From an uncultured Peptococcaceae bacterium (GTDB taxonomy: Bacteria; Bacillota; Dehalobacteriia; UBA4068; UBA4997), in contig CBCTTQ010000001.1 of the NCBI GenBank assembly GCA_965149945.1, positions 126,860 through 190,859 on the forward strand: a DNA stretch of 64,000 bases, in the 5' to 3' direction. Numbering within the stretch: the stretch's first letter is position 1; the number at the start of each line of letters is the position of its first letter. Positions 38,248-48,766 of the stretch are shown here, piece by piece. Below the pieces are notes generated by a model. The model was given only the letters and a program-made list of their open reading frames with translations. It did no database searches and was not told the DNA's origin. The translations under genes were made by a program, and so were the position numbers.

Positions 38248-39075
38248 ATGAAAATTCGGGAAATGATCGATTGGAGTCGGAAACGGCTGCCTGCCGCCCA
38301 TGAGGCGGAATGGATTTGTTCCCATTATCTGGGGATGTCCAATTTGGACATGCGGTTTGCGGCGGAACAGACAGTAACAGAAGAACAAGAAAAGAACATC
38401 ATCGCGGCGGTAACCCGTCGTTTGGCGGGAGAACCGCTGCAGTATATCTTCGGAGAGCAGCCTTTTATGGATTTTACACTGCGAGTGACGTCGGATACCT
38501 TAATTCCCCGCTGGGATTCGGAAGTGGTGGTGGAAAAGGCGCTTTCTTTGATTCCCGAGGAAGAACCGCGGCGGGTGGCGGATCTTTGTACCGGCTGCGG
38601 CACGTATGCTCTCAGCCTTAAGTATTACCGTCCGCTGGCGGAAGTTCAGGCGGTGGATATCAGTCCGGAAGCGTTGGCAGTGGCAAAAGGCAACGGCGAG
38701 ACTCTGGGTCTGGAAGTGGACTTTCGGCTGGGCAATTTGACGGAGCCTTTGACGGGACAGTTTGATCTGATAGTTTCCAATCCTCCTTATATCGCGACGG
38801 AGTATTTAAAATCTTTGGATACTGATGTGCGGCATGAACCGGCGCTGGCGTTGGACGGCGGAGCCGACGGGCTGGATTTTTATCGGCTTCTGGCTCTTTC
38901 GGCGCCGCGGAAATTGAAAGAAGGCGGCTTTTTGCTGGTAGAAATCGGTTGTGATCAATGTCAGGCGGTGTGTGAGATTTTATCCCGCGGAGGTTTTGAA
39001 AATTTGCGCTTTGGCAAAGATTACGGCGGCAACGATCGCTGGGTGTTGGGGCGGCGTCCCGTCCCCGCGAAGTAA
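38248..39075 (+). CDS. prmC: release factor glutamine N5-methyltransferase PrmC (HemK)
   Basis: NPPYI motif IV, DLCTGCGTYA motif I, and a position downstream of prfA. Confidence 0.85.
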   Translation: MKIREMIDWSRKRLPAAHEAEWICSHYLGMSNLDMRFAAEQTVTEEQEKNIIAAVTRRLAGEPLQYIFGEQPFMDFTLRVTSDTLIPRWDSEVVVEKALSLIPEEEPRRVADLCTGCGTYALSLKYYRPLAEVQAVDISPEALAVAKGNGETLGLEVDFRLGNLTEPLTGQFDLIVSNPPYIATEYLKSLDTDVRHEPALALDGGADGLDFYRLLALSAPRKLKEGGFLLVEIGCDQCQAVCEILSRGGFENLRFGKDYGGNDRWVLGRRPVPAK

Positions 39076-39152
39076 GGAGAAAAACAGCGGCGGAAAACAG
39101 AAACAGGCAGCCGGCAGCGGAGAAAACAAAACTGGATAAAGAAGGAAGTAAT

Positions 39153-40172
39153 ATGGAAACAAAATGGGTGAAAATTGACGCGGTGGCGGACGTCGCCTGT
39201 GTATATGAAAAAGAATTGGCTTTGGCGGCGGAACTGTTGGCGGCGGGAGAGTTGGTGGCTTTTCCTACAGAGACAGTGTATGGTCTGGGCGGCAACGCGT
39301 TGCTGGCGATCAGCGCGGAAAAAATTTATCGGGCCAAAGGGCGTCCTTCTGACAACCCGCTGATTGTTCATGTGGCGGAGGTAGATCAGGTTTCGGAGAT
39401 CGCCGTGCCGGATTCCCGCGCGAAAACCTTGATGCGGGCGCTTTGTCCTGCTCCGCTGACCTGTGTTTTGCCTAAAAAAGACTGTATTCCCGCCGCTGTG
39501 ACGGGCGGTTTGTCTACGGTGGCGGTGCGGATTCCCAATCATCCCGTAGCGCTGGCGTTGTTGCGGCGGTGTCGCTTGCCGGTGGCGGCGCCTTCCGCCA
39601 ATCTTTCCGGTCATCCCAGCCCCACCACCGGTCGTCATGTCTATGAGGATTTGGCGGGACGAATCGCTATGGTGCTGGACAGCGGCAGCTGTGGGGTGGG
39701 GGTGGAGTCTACAGTGCTGGATTTGACGGTGGATCCCCCTGTGATTTTGCGACCGGGCGCCGTTACGGCGGCGATGTTGGAGCCTTATTTGGGAAGAGTG
39801 CTGCTGGGCGGAGAAAAAGTGGGAGACGGCGAAGCTCCCAAAGCGCCCGGAATGAAATACCGTCATTACGCTCCTCGCGGAGAAGTGACCCTTTTCAGCG
39901 GAGATGCTTTGGTGCGGGCCTATGAACGGGCGGCGGACCCCGATATTGCCGTGCTGGCGACAGATGCCGTGTTAGCGCGACTGAAGGTTCCCCGCGGTTT
40001 TTCCTTGGGTAGGGATGAGGAGGATTTGGCGACGGCGGCGCATCGCCTGTTTGCGGCGCTGCGTTATTGTGATCGGGTGGGCGCGACCAAGATTTTCGCT
40101 CAGACTTTTCCTGAAAAAGGGTTGGGTATCGCTTTGATGAACCGCCTGAAAAAGGCGGCCGCCAAAAAATGA
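39153..40172 (+). CDS. tsaC: L-threonylcarbamoyladenylate synthase (TsaC/Sua5, YwlC type with C-terminal Sua5 domain)
   Basis: VAFPTETVYGLGGNAL is a YrdC motif, and the 339-aa length indicates the Sua5 form. Confidence 0.85.
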   Translation: METKWVKIDAVADVACVYEKELALAAELLAAGELVAFPTETVYGLGGNALLAISAEKIYRAKGRPSDNPLIVHVAEVDQVSEIAVPDSRAKTLMRALCPAPLTCVLPKKDCIPAAVTGGLSTVAVRIPNHPVALALLRRCRLPVAAPSANLSGHPSPTTGRHVYEDLAGRIAMVLDSGSCGVGVESTVLDLTVDPPVILRPGAVTAAMLEPYLGRVLLGGEKVGDGEAPKAPGMKYRHYAPRGEVTLFSGDALVRAYERAADPDIAVLATDAVLARLKVPRGFSLGRDEEDLATAAHRLFAALRYCDRVGATKIFAQTFPEKGLGIALMNRLKKAAAKK

Positions 40173-40609
40173 GGGCGCGGAGGAAATCCGCCAAAAGATC
40201 GCTGACTCAAAGCGGCGCGGTGAGCGTCTGCGGAAGGCGCTCGTATCAAACGCCAAGGGATATCCGACAAAAAAGGATCCCTATGGCTGCGCCGAGCGAA
40301 AACAGGCAACGGAATCGTAACAAAGCAAAGGGATGTCGTATCAAATAATCGGATAGAAAAAAACAGGGAGCCGGGTATTTTTGCTCCCTGTTTTTTATTT
40401 AACGGTGATGTCTCCCGATTTTCAGATGATGTGAGACTTTTCGGTTGCGGATCTGGTTGGGTGTTATCTGTAGGTTTGGAGATTTTCTGCCGTTTTGAGT
40501 GGCATCGGCTCAGACGAGGAGGATCGGTTGTCTCTTGTTTTTTCGCGAATTTTTCTTTCGGTTTGCGGATGGTTGCCCGCCGGTTACGGCGGGAATTTTT
40601 TTGTTTGGG

Positions 40610-41728
40610 TCAGCGGAGATTTTCCGGATTCAGTCCTGCTAATTCCGGCAGCACAAAGCGACCGTCTTTGCGCACCAGCACATCATCAAACCAGATCTCG
40701 CCGCCGCCGTATTCCGGGGTTTGGATATAAACCAAGTCCCAATGGTTGACGCTGGTGTTGCCGTTGTCAGCGTCGTCGTAACAGGCGCCCGGCGTCAGGT
40801 GGAAGCTGCCTCCGATTTTTTCATCGAAGAGGATGTCGTAAATGGGTTCCTGGATGTTGGGATTGACACCCAGCGCCCATTCCCCCACATAGCGGGAACC
40901 TTCATCCATATCCAGGATTTGATTGAGACGATCGGTATTGGCGCCGGCGTCCGCCTCCACGATTTTGCCGTCGCGAAATTTGAAGTGGACTTGCTCAAAG
41001 ACGAGCCCCTGATAAGGGGAAGCGGTGTTGTAGGTGATTTCGCCGTTGATGGAAGTACGCACCGGGGCGGTGTAGACTTCTCCGTCGGGGATGTTGCATT
41101 TGCCGGCGCATTTTACCGCCGGGATGTTTTTGATGCTGAAGGAGAGATCACAGGCGGCGCCTGTTACCCGCACCCGATCAGTACGATTCATCAGTTCCAC
41201 CAGAGGATCCATTGCCCGATCCATTTTGCTGTAATCCAAATTGCAAACAGAAAAATAATAGTCTTCAAAGCGGTGGGTAGGCATATTGGCCAGCTGCGCC
41301 ATACTGTGGTTGGGATAGCGCAGCACCACCCATTTGGTGTGAGGCACTCGAATTTCATGGTGAACAGGATGGCTCCAGCAGTGGTTGTAGATAGCCATTT
41401 TTTCCGCCGGTACATCGGCCAGTTCGTAGCTGTTGTTGTTGGAGCGGATGGAAATATAAGCGTCCATATCTTTCATGCGGGCGGCTTCGTAACGTCCGAT
41501 GGCGCTGATTTGTTCCTCCGTGCATTGCTTTAGCAAGGCTTCTTGTATTTCACCTTGTTTGATGGTGACAAAAGGAAGACCGCCCGCCCGATAGGCTTCT
41601 TCAATCAATGCCACGGTCAGGGGAATTTCCATGCTGTTTACTTCGATTAAAATACGTTCCCCCGATTGTAGGGAACAGGAGTAACGGATTAAGTTTTCCG
41701 CCAGTTGTTGAATTCTGGGATCTTTCAT
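40610..41728 (-). CDS. M29-family aminopeptidase (AmpS/PepS-like)
   Basis: A 372-aa protein with conserved E and H residues in the AmpS arrangement and an N-terminal MKDPRIQQLAENLIRYS... An RBS AAGAGGT lies upstream. Confidence 0.75.
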   Translation of the reverse strand: MKDPRIQQLAENLIRYSCSLQSGERILIEVNSMEIPLTVALIEEAYRAGGLPFVTIKQGEIQEALLKQCTEEQISAIGRYEAARMKDMDAYISIRSNNNSYELADVPAEKMAIYNHCWSHPVHHEIRVPHTKWVVLRYPNHSMAQLANMPTHRFEDYYFSVCNLDYSKMDRAMDPLVELMNRTDRVRVTGAACDLSFSIKNIPAVKCAGKCNIPDGEVYTAPVRTSINGEITYNTASPYQGLVFEQVHFKFRDGKIVEADAGANTDRLNQILDMDEGSRYVGEWALGVNPNIQEPIYDILFDEKIGGSFHLTPGACYDDADNGNTSVNHWDLVYIQTPEYGGGEIWFDDVLVRKDGRFVLPELAGLNPENLR

Positions 41729-42111
41729 AGGAATACCTCTTTTCTTGTCCGCGCGAGGCGGTTATGATTCTGTTTCGTCCCTTCTATTGTAGCCAATTTT
41801 TGATAAAAATACAAACGTTTTCCTTTCCTTTTGCGGAAAATATTTTCTGCTCTTTTGGTCTTTTTCTTATTTGTTCTTTTTTGTCGGTCTTTTGTTTTGG
41901 GTTCCTTTCCTCTTTTGATGTTTTTTCGTGTTTGGTTTTATTCTGACGGCTTTGTCGGTTTTCACTTTTGTTTTTGTTCCGTTCTGTTTCCGACCGAAGC
42001 GGAGGTGAGAAAGACGGCGAAGTTTTTCTTAGGTCTGTTTGAACGCTGAAAATAAGGGTTTAAAAGAAGCGTTTACGGGAAATAAACAGAATAGAAAAAG
42101 GAGGGAGCGCG

Positions 42112-42675
42112 ATGATTCAAAAACAGACGGTTCTACGGAGAGATTGGCTCAGTTGGGCGCTTTTACTGGTTTTGGGACTGGGAGGTTGGCTTTTGGGGCA
42201 GCCGGACGATTCCGCGGAAGTGATTCGGCTCCATGTGTTTGCTGATTCGGACAGTGTGTACGATCAGCAGGTGAAAGGGCTGGTGCGGGATGCCGTATTG
42301 GACTATATTGAGACTTTGCCCGAGGTGGGGCAGAGCGCCGAGGGGACGGCTGCCGCGCTGCGCGGTCATTTGAGCGAAATTTCCGAAGTGGCGTCGGGTG
42401 TGGCGGCTCTTTACGGCTGCACGGCTCGGACAGACTATGGAGTGTTTTCTTTTTCTCAGCGAGACTGGGGACAGCGGACGATGCCGGCGGGGCATTATGA
42501 GGCGCTGCGAATTCGTTTGGGTGACGGCGGCGGACACAATTGGTTTTGTGTGCTTTACCCGGAATTGACTCCGCGGGAGTTGCGGGGGGAGTTGACTTTT
42601 ACGGAAGAAGAAACGGCAGACGGCAAGTCGATGCGCGTGCGTTTGGGTAGTTTGTTTGCTCGTTGGTTTTTTTAA
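42112..42675 (+). CDS. spoIIR: stage II sporulation protein R
   Basis: A signal peptide precedes IRLHVFADSDS...NWFCVLYPEL, the SpoIIR family motifs. An RBS AAGGAGGGAG lies upstream. Confidence 0.8.
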   Translation: MIQKQTVLRRDWLSWALLLVLGLGGWLLGQPDDSAEVIRLHVFADSDSVYDQQVKGLVRDAVLDYIETLPEVGQSAEGTAAALRGHLSEISEVASGVAALYGCTARTDYGVFSFSQRDWGQRTMPAGHYEALRIRLGDGGGHNWFCVLYPELTPRELRGELTFTEEETADGKSMRVRLGSLFARWFF

Positions 42676-42808
42676 AAAAGGAGGAATTTCCTTTTCTGAT
42701 TTTTCTGCTGATTTTCAAAAGCGCGATGTCGGACGTTGCTTTTGAGAAAGGGGCATAAAACTTGTCTGGGGGCATATGCTATAGCAGAAGAAAAGGCAGG
42801 TGATGCAT

Positions 42809-43090
42809 ATGTTTAAAATTTCCGATTTGCGAACCAAAGACATTATCAATTTGTCCGACGGCAGAAAACTGGGACCTGTACGGGATATTGAGGTGGATAT
42901 GGAGCGGGGACGGGTGACGGCCATTGTAATGCCGGGCGGCAGCCGCTTTTTCGGAATCTTTGTCAGAAATGAGGAAACTGTCGTCCCCTGGGAAAACATA
43001 AAAAAAATCGGTGTTGATGTCGTGTTGGTGGAAAAGGACGCCGCTCCCGACGATGGACAGGACGTGGACCGAACATGGATTGAGGTATGA
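42809..43090 (+). CDS. YlmC/YmxH family sporulation protein (PRC-barrel)
   Basis: [21 protein letters not shown]... matches the YlmC/YmxH family. An RBS AGGTGA lies 7 nt upstream of ATG 42809. Confidence 0.75.
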   Translation: MFKISDLRTKDIINLSDGRKLGPVRDIEVDMERGRVTAIVMPGGSRFFGIFVRNEETVVPWENIKKIGVDVVLVEKDAAPDDGQDVDRTWIEV

Positions 43091-43183
43091 GCGGAGCGCT
43101 ATTTTTATTGTGTTCCGCTGTCTTTTTGACCTGTTTGCCGAATTTTTAGCAAAATTTGCCCTCTATATATTTGCTCGAAAATA

Positions 43184-43213
43184 TTGACAACACCAGATAT
43201 CGTATTGTAGAAT
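43184..43213 (+). promoter_or_regulatory. sigma-A promoter (TTGACA-18-TAGAAT, TG-extended) for nrdR
   Basis: Hexamers lie at 43184 and 43208. Confidence 0.5.
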
Positions 43214-43268
43214 TATATTATGTATAGCTATGGCAACTTTTGGTGATTGTGTTTGAGGAGGAACCGAA

Positions 43269-43817
43269 ATGCGCTGTGTTTTCTGCGGCAACAATGAATC
43301 GAAAGTGCTGGATTCCAGACCGGTGGAAGACGGGAAAACCATCAAACGGCGTCGGGAATGTCTGCGGTGCGGCAAGCGTTTTACAACTTTTGAACGACCG
43401 GAGGATTTTTCTTTGATTGTGGTTAAAAAAGACAACAGCAGAGAAGTGTTCGACCGCAACAAAATTCTTAACGGTCTGCATAAAGCCTGTGAAAAACGGT
43501 ATGTCCCTACCACTGTCTTGGAAAATATGGTGACGGATATTGAAAAAGAGCTGACCAACCGGATGCAGCGGGAGGTGCCCTCCAAATTGATCGGGGAAAT
43601 GATCATGGAACGGTTGCGGGATGTGGACGAAGTGGCTTATGTTCGCTTTGCTTCTGTATATCGCAAATTTGAGGACATCGAAACCTTTATGAAAGAAATC
43701 CGCGCTATGGTGCAAAGCTCCCAAAAAGGAGAACCGGACGACGGAAACGGATCTGGTCAAGAAAGAAAAAAATCCGAAAAAAACAATCATAACAAAAAAC
43801 GGAAGAACTTTGACTGA
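43269..43817 (+). CDS. nrdR: transcriptional repressor NrdR with a ~30-aa Lys/Glu-rich C-terminal extension
   Basis: MRCVFCGNNESKVLDSRPVEDG...RRRECLRCGKRFTTFE is a zinc ribbon followed by an ATP-cone. Confidence 0.9.
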   Translation: MRCVFCGNNESKVLDSRPVEDGKTIKRRRECLRCGKRFTTFERPEDFSLIVVKKDNSREVFDRNKILNGLHKACEKRYVPTTVLENMVTDIEKELTNRMQREVPSKLIGEMIMERLRDVDEVAYVRFASVYRKFEDIETFMKEIRAMVQSSQKGEPDDGNGSGQERKKSEKNNHNKKRKNFD

Positions 43818-43833
43818 AAAGAGGTCTTTATTT

Positions 43834-44547
43834 ATGACAGTATCGGAACAGGATATTGTGCGAAATTATCAAGAAATTTTGGAAAATATTGAAGCTGCCC
43901 GCGCGCGCGGCGTCCACAGCGCCGATAAGGTACAACTGGTGGCGGTGAGCAAAACGGTGGATCCGGAACAGATTCGCTATGCGTTAAATGCCGGCGCGAC
44001 AGTGCTCGGGGAGAACAAAGTGCAGGAAATTCAGGCCAAATATGACGACCTGCCCGGAGCCAAATGGCATTTGATCGGACATTTACAAACCAACAAAGTA
44101 AAATATCTGGTGGATAAGGTGGAAATGATTCACTCTTTGGATCGATTGGAGTTGGCCAAAGAAATCGAAAAGCGCTTTGGCGCCGCCGACCGAATGATTC
44201 CCTGTCTGCTGCAGGTGAATATCGCCGAAGAAGAAAGCAAATGGGGGATGAAGGAATCGGAAGTGCTTGATTTTTGCCGGGCTATGGCGGATTTCCCCCA
44301 TATTCAGGTACGGGGATTGATGACGGTAGGGCCTTTTGTAGACCGGGAAGAAATCCGTCCTGTTTTTGCCCGTTTGCGCCAGCTGCGAGATGAAACGGCA
44401 GAGCAAATCAAAGGATTATGTCTGCCCAATGTAGAAATGAAGGAACTTTCCATGGGTATGTCCCATGATTATACAGTAGCGGTGGAAGAAGGCGCCACCA
44501 TGGTACGGGTGGGCAGCGCCCTGTTCGGCGCTCGTATCTATCGTTAG
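43834..44547 (+). CDS. yggS: YggS-family pyridoxal phosphate homeostasis protein
   Basis: LVAVSKT has the PLP-binding lysine in an alanine-racemase N-terminal fold, in the division-cluster position. An RBS AAGAGG lies upstream of ATG 43834. The ORF-track start at 43810 overlaps nrdR. Confidence 0.8.
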   Translation: MTVSEQDIVRNYQEILENIEAARARGVHSADKVQLVAVSKTVDPEQIRYALNAGATVLGENKVQEIQAKYDDLPGAKWHLIGHLQTNKVKYLVDKVEMIHSLDRLELAKEIEKRFGAADRMIPCLLQVNIAEEESKWGMKESEVLDFCRAMADFPHIQVRGLMTVGPFVDREEIRPVFARLRQLRDETAEQIKGLCLPNVEMKELSMGMSHDYTVAVEEGATMVRVGSALFGARIYR

Positions 44548-44605
44548 GTTGCCCGTGTATGAGAGTATGCTGATGAGAAGACAGAAAAACAAGGAGGGGT
44601 ATGAA

Positions 44606-45109
44606 ATGGCCGGAATTTGGGATAAAATTTCCAATGTATTTTTTACCGAAGATGACGATTACGACGAAAACGACTATGTAGAAGAACCGCAGCAGCAACA
44701 GCAGCAGCAACAACAGCAGAGACGAGATGTTTGGTCGGAAGAACCGCCCGCGTCCAGAAGAAGCAGACGAAGCCAGGTGGTTTCTATGCCCAATACCGCT
44801 GCGAGAAAATCCATGGAAATGGTTCTGATCAAAGCGAAAGCGTATGATGATATGCAGGGTATCGCCGCCAACATCAAAGCTCGCAAAGTGGTGATTGTAA
44901 ATTTTGAAGATATGGATAAAGAAACTGCCCAGCGAATGGTGGATTTCCTTTCCGGAGCGGTGTTTGCTCTGGACGGAATGCCGAAAAAAGTTTCCGGCAG
45001 CACCTTCCTTTTCAGTTCCAGCCAAGTAGATCTGGAAGGTCAGATTATGGAAGCCGAAACTCAGTCTGCCTTTGACAGCATGAACAATTATAATATTTGG
45101 AAAAAATAG
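44606..45109 (+). CDS. sepF: cell division protein SepF, with an internal poly-Gln tract
   Basis: The C-terminal KVVIVNFEDMDKETAQRMVDFLSGAVFALDG core is conserved in SepF. An RBS AAGGAGGGG lies upstream. An 11-codon CAG/CAA run sits at 44689-44722. Confidence 0.8.
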   Translation: MAGIWDKISNVFFTEDDDYDENDYVEEPQQQQQQQQQQRRDVWSEEPPASRRSRRSQVVSMPNTAARKSMEMVLIKAKAYDDMQGIAANIKARKVVIVNFEDMDKETAQRMVDFLSGAVFALDGMPKKVSGSTFLFSSSQVDLEGQIMEAETQSAFDSMNNYNIWKK

Positions 45110-45135
45110 GCCATTGGAGAAAATGAGGTGCGGGA

Positions 45136-45411
45136 TTGTTGACATTTCTGGTGCTTGCGATTAATTACGCGTTTGATATTTACTATATTTTGATTATCGC
45201 GAATTGTCTGTTGTCTTGGTTTCCTAATGTAAATCGGGCTAATCCGCTGATTCGTTTTGTACACGAGACGACAGATCCTTTTTTGAATCTGTTTCGTAGA
45301 ATTCTGCCCATGGGGCGTCTGCCCATTGATTTTTCGCCGATCATTGCGATTTTCGCCCTGTTCTTGATCCAGCGAATTGTGTTTGCGTTGTTGAGCATGA
45401 TACTTGTATAA
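45136..45411 (+). CDS. yggT: YggT-family membrane protein (TTG start)
   Basis: A 91-aa two-TM YggT protein. An RBS GAGGTG lies 5 nt before the TTG. Confidence 0.8.
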   Translation: MLTFLVLAINYAFDIYYILIIANCLLSWFPNVNRANPLIRFVHETTDPFLNLFRRILPMGRLPIDFSPIIAIFALFLIQRIVFALLSMILV

Positions 45412-45440
45412 AGCAGACAAGAAAATAATCATAGAATCTG

Positions 45441-45479
45441 AAACAGCATCTTGACAAGATGCTGTTTTTGCTTTATTAT
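45441..45479 (+). promoter_or_regulatory. yggT terminator hairpin overlapping the ileS sigma-A promoter (TTGACA-17-TATTAT)
   Basis: A perfect 10-bp inverted repeat, acagcatctt-gac-aagatgctgt, is followed by TTTTT. Its loop and right arm form the -35 TTGACA at 45451, and TATTAT lies at 45474. Confidence 0.6.
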
Positions 45480-45485
45480 TATGCT

Positions 45486-45795
45486 GTAGAGAACGATTCT
45501 TCCTGCTGTAAGCGGACGATGATCCCGACGGCGGAAGGATTCATGTCGGTTAAAGCGATGAGCAGAAGGTTGTTTTTCGGAAAATTCCCCAGAGAGTCCG
45601 TGGAAGGTGCGAGTCGGACGGATTGGAAAAACAACGATCGTCTGTGAGTGTCTGCCTGAAGTCCATGAGATGTGTAAGGTGGAACGACTGCCCCTCGTTA
45701 CGGGGTCCGGAGTGGTCGCGCGCGCGGCAATAAGGGTGGTAACACGGCTTTTCGTCCCTTGGGGAAAAGGTCGTGTTTTTTATTTTCCTTTGTCG
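45486..45795 (+). promoter_or_regulatory. T-box riboswitch leader (Ile-tRNA sensing) upstream of ileS
   Basis: The conserved T-box sequence AAGGGTGGTAACACGG lies at 45732-45747, followed by a terminator-like hairpin with a T run (~45745-45790). An AGAGA-type stem I element and the position before ileS support the call. Confidence 0.7.
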
Positions 45796-45850
45796 CGAAC
45801 CCTTTCGTAAAAAACTGTTTCCCTAGAGGATGATGGAGAGGAGAAATGAA

Positions 45851-48625
45851 ACAATGGATTATGGGAAAACATTGAATTTGCCACAGACAGAGTTCCCCAT
45901 GCGCGGCAATTTGCCCGTGCGGGAACCGGAATTTCTGAAAGAATGGGAAGAGCAGGATCTCTATCGGCTGGTACAAGAACACAATGCCGGCAAGCCGAAG
46001 TTCATTTTGCATGACGGTCCCCCCTATGCCAATGGGGATATTCACACCGGTCATGTATTGAACAAAGTACTCAAAGATATGATTGTGAAATATAAAAGTA
46101 TGGCGGGCTATGATGCTCCTTATACCCCCGGTTGGGACACTCACGGACTGCCCATTGAACAAAAAGCCATCAAAGCCTTTGGCTTGAACCGCCATACCAT
46201 CGATAAAGCGGCGTTCCGAGAAAAATGCGAAGAGTTCGCTTTGAACTGTGTCAACAATCAACGGGAACAATTTAAGCGGCTGGGCGTGCGTGCCGACTGG
46301 GATCATCCCTATGTGACCTTGCAAAAAGACTTTGAAGCCATTCAAATCGGCGCTTTTGGTGAAATGGCAAAAAAAGGATATATCTATAAAGGCAAAAAAC
46401 CCGTTTACTGGTGTGCCGACTGTGAAACCGCCTTGGCGGAAGCCGAAGTGGAATATGCCGACCACAAGGCGCCTACCATTTATGTAAAATTCCGCGTGGT
46501 GGACGGCAAAGGTATTTTGGATGAGGATGTGTATTTCGTCATCTGGACGACCACTCCTTGGACAATTCCCGCTAATCTCGCCATCTGCCTGCATCCGGAC
46601 TATACTTATGTGTTGGCGGATATGGATGGGGAAAAAATGGTGGTTGCCAAAGATTTGATGAATACCTTCATGGCGGAAGCCGGTATTTCCGCGGGCAGTA
46701 TTTTGCGGGAATTTAAAGGCTCTGAACTGGAAATGATTCAATGTCAGCATCCGCTGTTGGATCGTACCTCTCTGGTTATTCTGGGGGACCATGTTACGTT
46801 GGACGCCGGTACCGGTTGTGTTCACACGGCGCCCGGTCATGGGGTGGAAGACTTTGAAGTGGGCATGAAATACGGTCTGGAAATCCTTTCCGCTGTGGAT
46901 GCCCGGGGAAAAATGAACGCTGATGCCGGTGAGCGCTTTCAGGGGATGAGCCTGGACGAGTGCAACAAAGCCGTAATCAGTGGTTTGGAAGAAGAAAACG
47001 CCGTGCTGGGTTTGAAATGGATCACCCATCAGTACCCCCATTGCTGGCGCTGCAAAAAACCCATTGTGTTCCGAGCGACGGAGCAGTGGTTCTGCTCCAT
47101 TGAAGGTTTCCGGGAAAAGGCCCTGTCGGAAATCGATCAGGTACGCTGGATTCCCGCTTGGGGACATGACCGCATTTATAATATGGTCAAAGACCGCTCG
47201 GACTGGTGCATTTCCCGACAGAGAACTTGGGGGGTACCCATTCCCATCTTCTATTGTAAAGATTGCGGCAAAGAAATCATCACCGATGAGACCATCGCCC
47301 ATATCCAGGATTTGTTCCGCCGATACGGTTCCAATATCTGGTTTGAAAAAGAAGCGGCGGAACTGATCCCCGAAGGATTGACTTGTTCCTGTGGCTGTCA
47401 GGAATTCCGTAAAGAAACGGATATCATGGATGTTTGGTTTGATTCCGGTTCCAGCCATTTGGCGGTGCTGGACAGCGGTGATTTTCCGGAACAGCGTTGG
47501 CCCGCCGATCTCTATCTGGAAGGCAGTGACCAGCACCGCGGCTGGTTTAACTCTTCTTTGAATGTGGCGGTGGCTGTTAAGGGTTCCGCTCCTTATAAAG
47601 CGGTATTGACGCACGGCTTCATCGTGGACGAAAAGGGTAAGAAAATGAGCAAATCCTTGGGTAACGCCTTGGACCCCCATGAAATCATCGACAAAATGGG
47701 GGCGGATGTGCTGCGCCTGTGGGTGGCGTCCGCTGATTATCGCTCTGACTTGTCCATCTCCAATAAAATTTTGAAACAAGTGGCGGAATCTTACCGCAAA
47801 ATCCGCAATACCTGTCGTTTCCTGCTGTCCAACCTGTATGACTTCGACCCCAAGACCGATTGTGTGGCTTATGGGGATCTGCCGGAAATCGACCGCTGGA
47901 TGCTCCACCGCTTGCAGGCGCTCATTGATAAAGTGCGCAAAGGTTATGATGAATATGAATTCCATGTGGTATATCATGCCATCCATAAATTCTGCGTGGT
48001 GGAAATGAGCAATTTGTATCTGGATATCACCAAGGATACCCTCTATTCTGAATTGCCCGATGACCCGCGCCGCCGGGCGGTGCAGACAGTGATGTATCGC
48101 ACTATTGACGCGTTGGTGCGTCTGTTGACGCCGGTGCTGGCTTATACCACGGAAGAAATTTATGATTATATGCCTAAGGCGGAAGAAGAAATGGCCAGTG
48201 TGCAGTTGTTGGATATGGCGGAGGCTAATCCTGACTGGATGGATGAAACGCTGGACGCTAAATGGCAAGCCATTACCGCTGTAAAAGACCAAGTAGCGAA
48301 GAGTCTGGAAACCGCTCGTAAGGAAAAGACTATCGGCAATTCCATCGACGCGCGGGTGGATCTCTACGCGGAAGGCGATACCTATGCTTTGCTTCATTCG
48401 GCGGAGGGACTGTTGGCTTATTTCTTTAAAGTTTCTCAGTTGGTTCTGCACGAAGGTCTTGATGGAAAGGCGGCGGAAGACGGAGTGGCCGTGACTGTTT
48501 CGGCGGCGGAAGGTCATAAATGCGAACGCTGCTGGCTTTACACTGAAGAAACGGACAGCGAAAACCCTGCTCTTTGCCCTCGCTGCGGCGAAGTGCTGCG
48601 TCATCTGCCCCGGGTGACAGAATAA
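45851..48625 (+). CDS. ileS: isoleucine--tRNA ligase
   Basis: HIGH ([11 protein letters not shown]) and KMSKS motifs, a C-terminal zinc-binding CxxC...CxxC, and ~925 aa. An RBS GGAGAGGAG lies 6 nt before ATG 45851. Confidence 0.9.
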   Translation, partial: TMDYGKTLNLPQTEFPMRGNLPVREPEFLKEWEEQDLYRLVQEHNAGKPKFILHDGPPYANGDIHTGHVLNKVLKDMIVKYKSMAGYDAPYTPGWDTHGLPIEQKAIKAFGLNRHTIDKAAFREKCEEFALNCVNNQREQFKRLGVRADWDHPYVTLQKDFEAIQIGAFGEMAKKGYIYKGKKPVYWCADCETALAEAEVEYADHKAPTIYVKFRVVDGKGILDEDVYFVIWTTTPWTIPANLAICLHPDYTYVLADMDGEKMVVAKDLMNTFMAEAGISAGSILREFKGSELEMIQCQHPLLDRTSLVILGDHVTLDAGTGCVHTAPGHGVEDFEVGMKYGLEILSAVDARGKMNADAGERFQGMSLDECNKAVISGLEEENAVLGLKWITHQYPHCWRCKKPIVFRATEQWFCSIEGFREKALSEIDQVRWIPAWGHDRIYNMVKDRSDWCISRQRTWGVPIPIFYCKDCGKEIITDETIAHIQDLFRRYGSNIWFEKEAAELIPEGLTCSCGCQEFRKETDIMDVWFDSGSSHLAVLDSGDFPEQRWPADLYLEGSDQHRGWFNSSLNVAVAVKGSAPYKAVLTHGFIVDEKGKKMSKSLGNALDPHEIIDKMGADVLRLWVASADYRSDLSISNKILKQVAESYRKIRNTCRFLLSNLYDFDPKTDCVAYGDLPEIDRWMLHRLQALIDKVRKGYDEYEFHVVYHAIHKFCVVEMSNLYLDITKDTLYSELPDDPRRRAVQTVMYRTIDALVRLLTPVLAYTTEEIYDYMPKAEEEMASVQLLDMAEANPDWMDETLDAKWQAITAVKDQVAKSLETARKEKTIGNSIDARVDLYAEGDTYALLHSAEGLLAYFFKVSQLVLHEGLDGKAAEDGVAVTVSAAEGHKCERCWLYTEETDSENPALCPRCGEVLRHLPRVTE

Positions 48626-48654
48626 AAGATATCTCGAACGAGAATGTTTTTCGG

Positions 48655-48687
48655 CACAGCCCGCTGGAAGCGGGCTGTGCCTTTTTG
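48655..48687 (+). terminator. Rho-independent terminator after ileS
   Basis: cacagcccgc-tggaa-gcgggctgtg is followed by CCTTTTT. Confidence 0.8.
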
Positions 48688-48766
48688 CAGTGAAAGCTAT
48701 TGTGTTCCGGTCGAAAACTTGATATAATAGAAAGACCCGACAGGGGGAAAGGAAGGCGAAACGGCT

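Noticed and set aside
41764-42049. Hydrophobic small ORFs (60 and 72 aa) upstream of spoIIR
   Set aside because: They are translations of a T-rich homopyrimidine tract. The all-Phe/Leu/Val composition reflects nucleotide bias, and there is no RBS.
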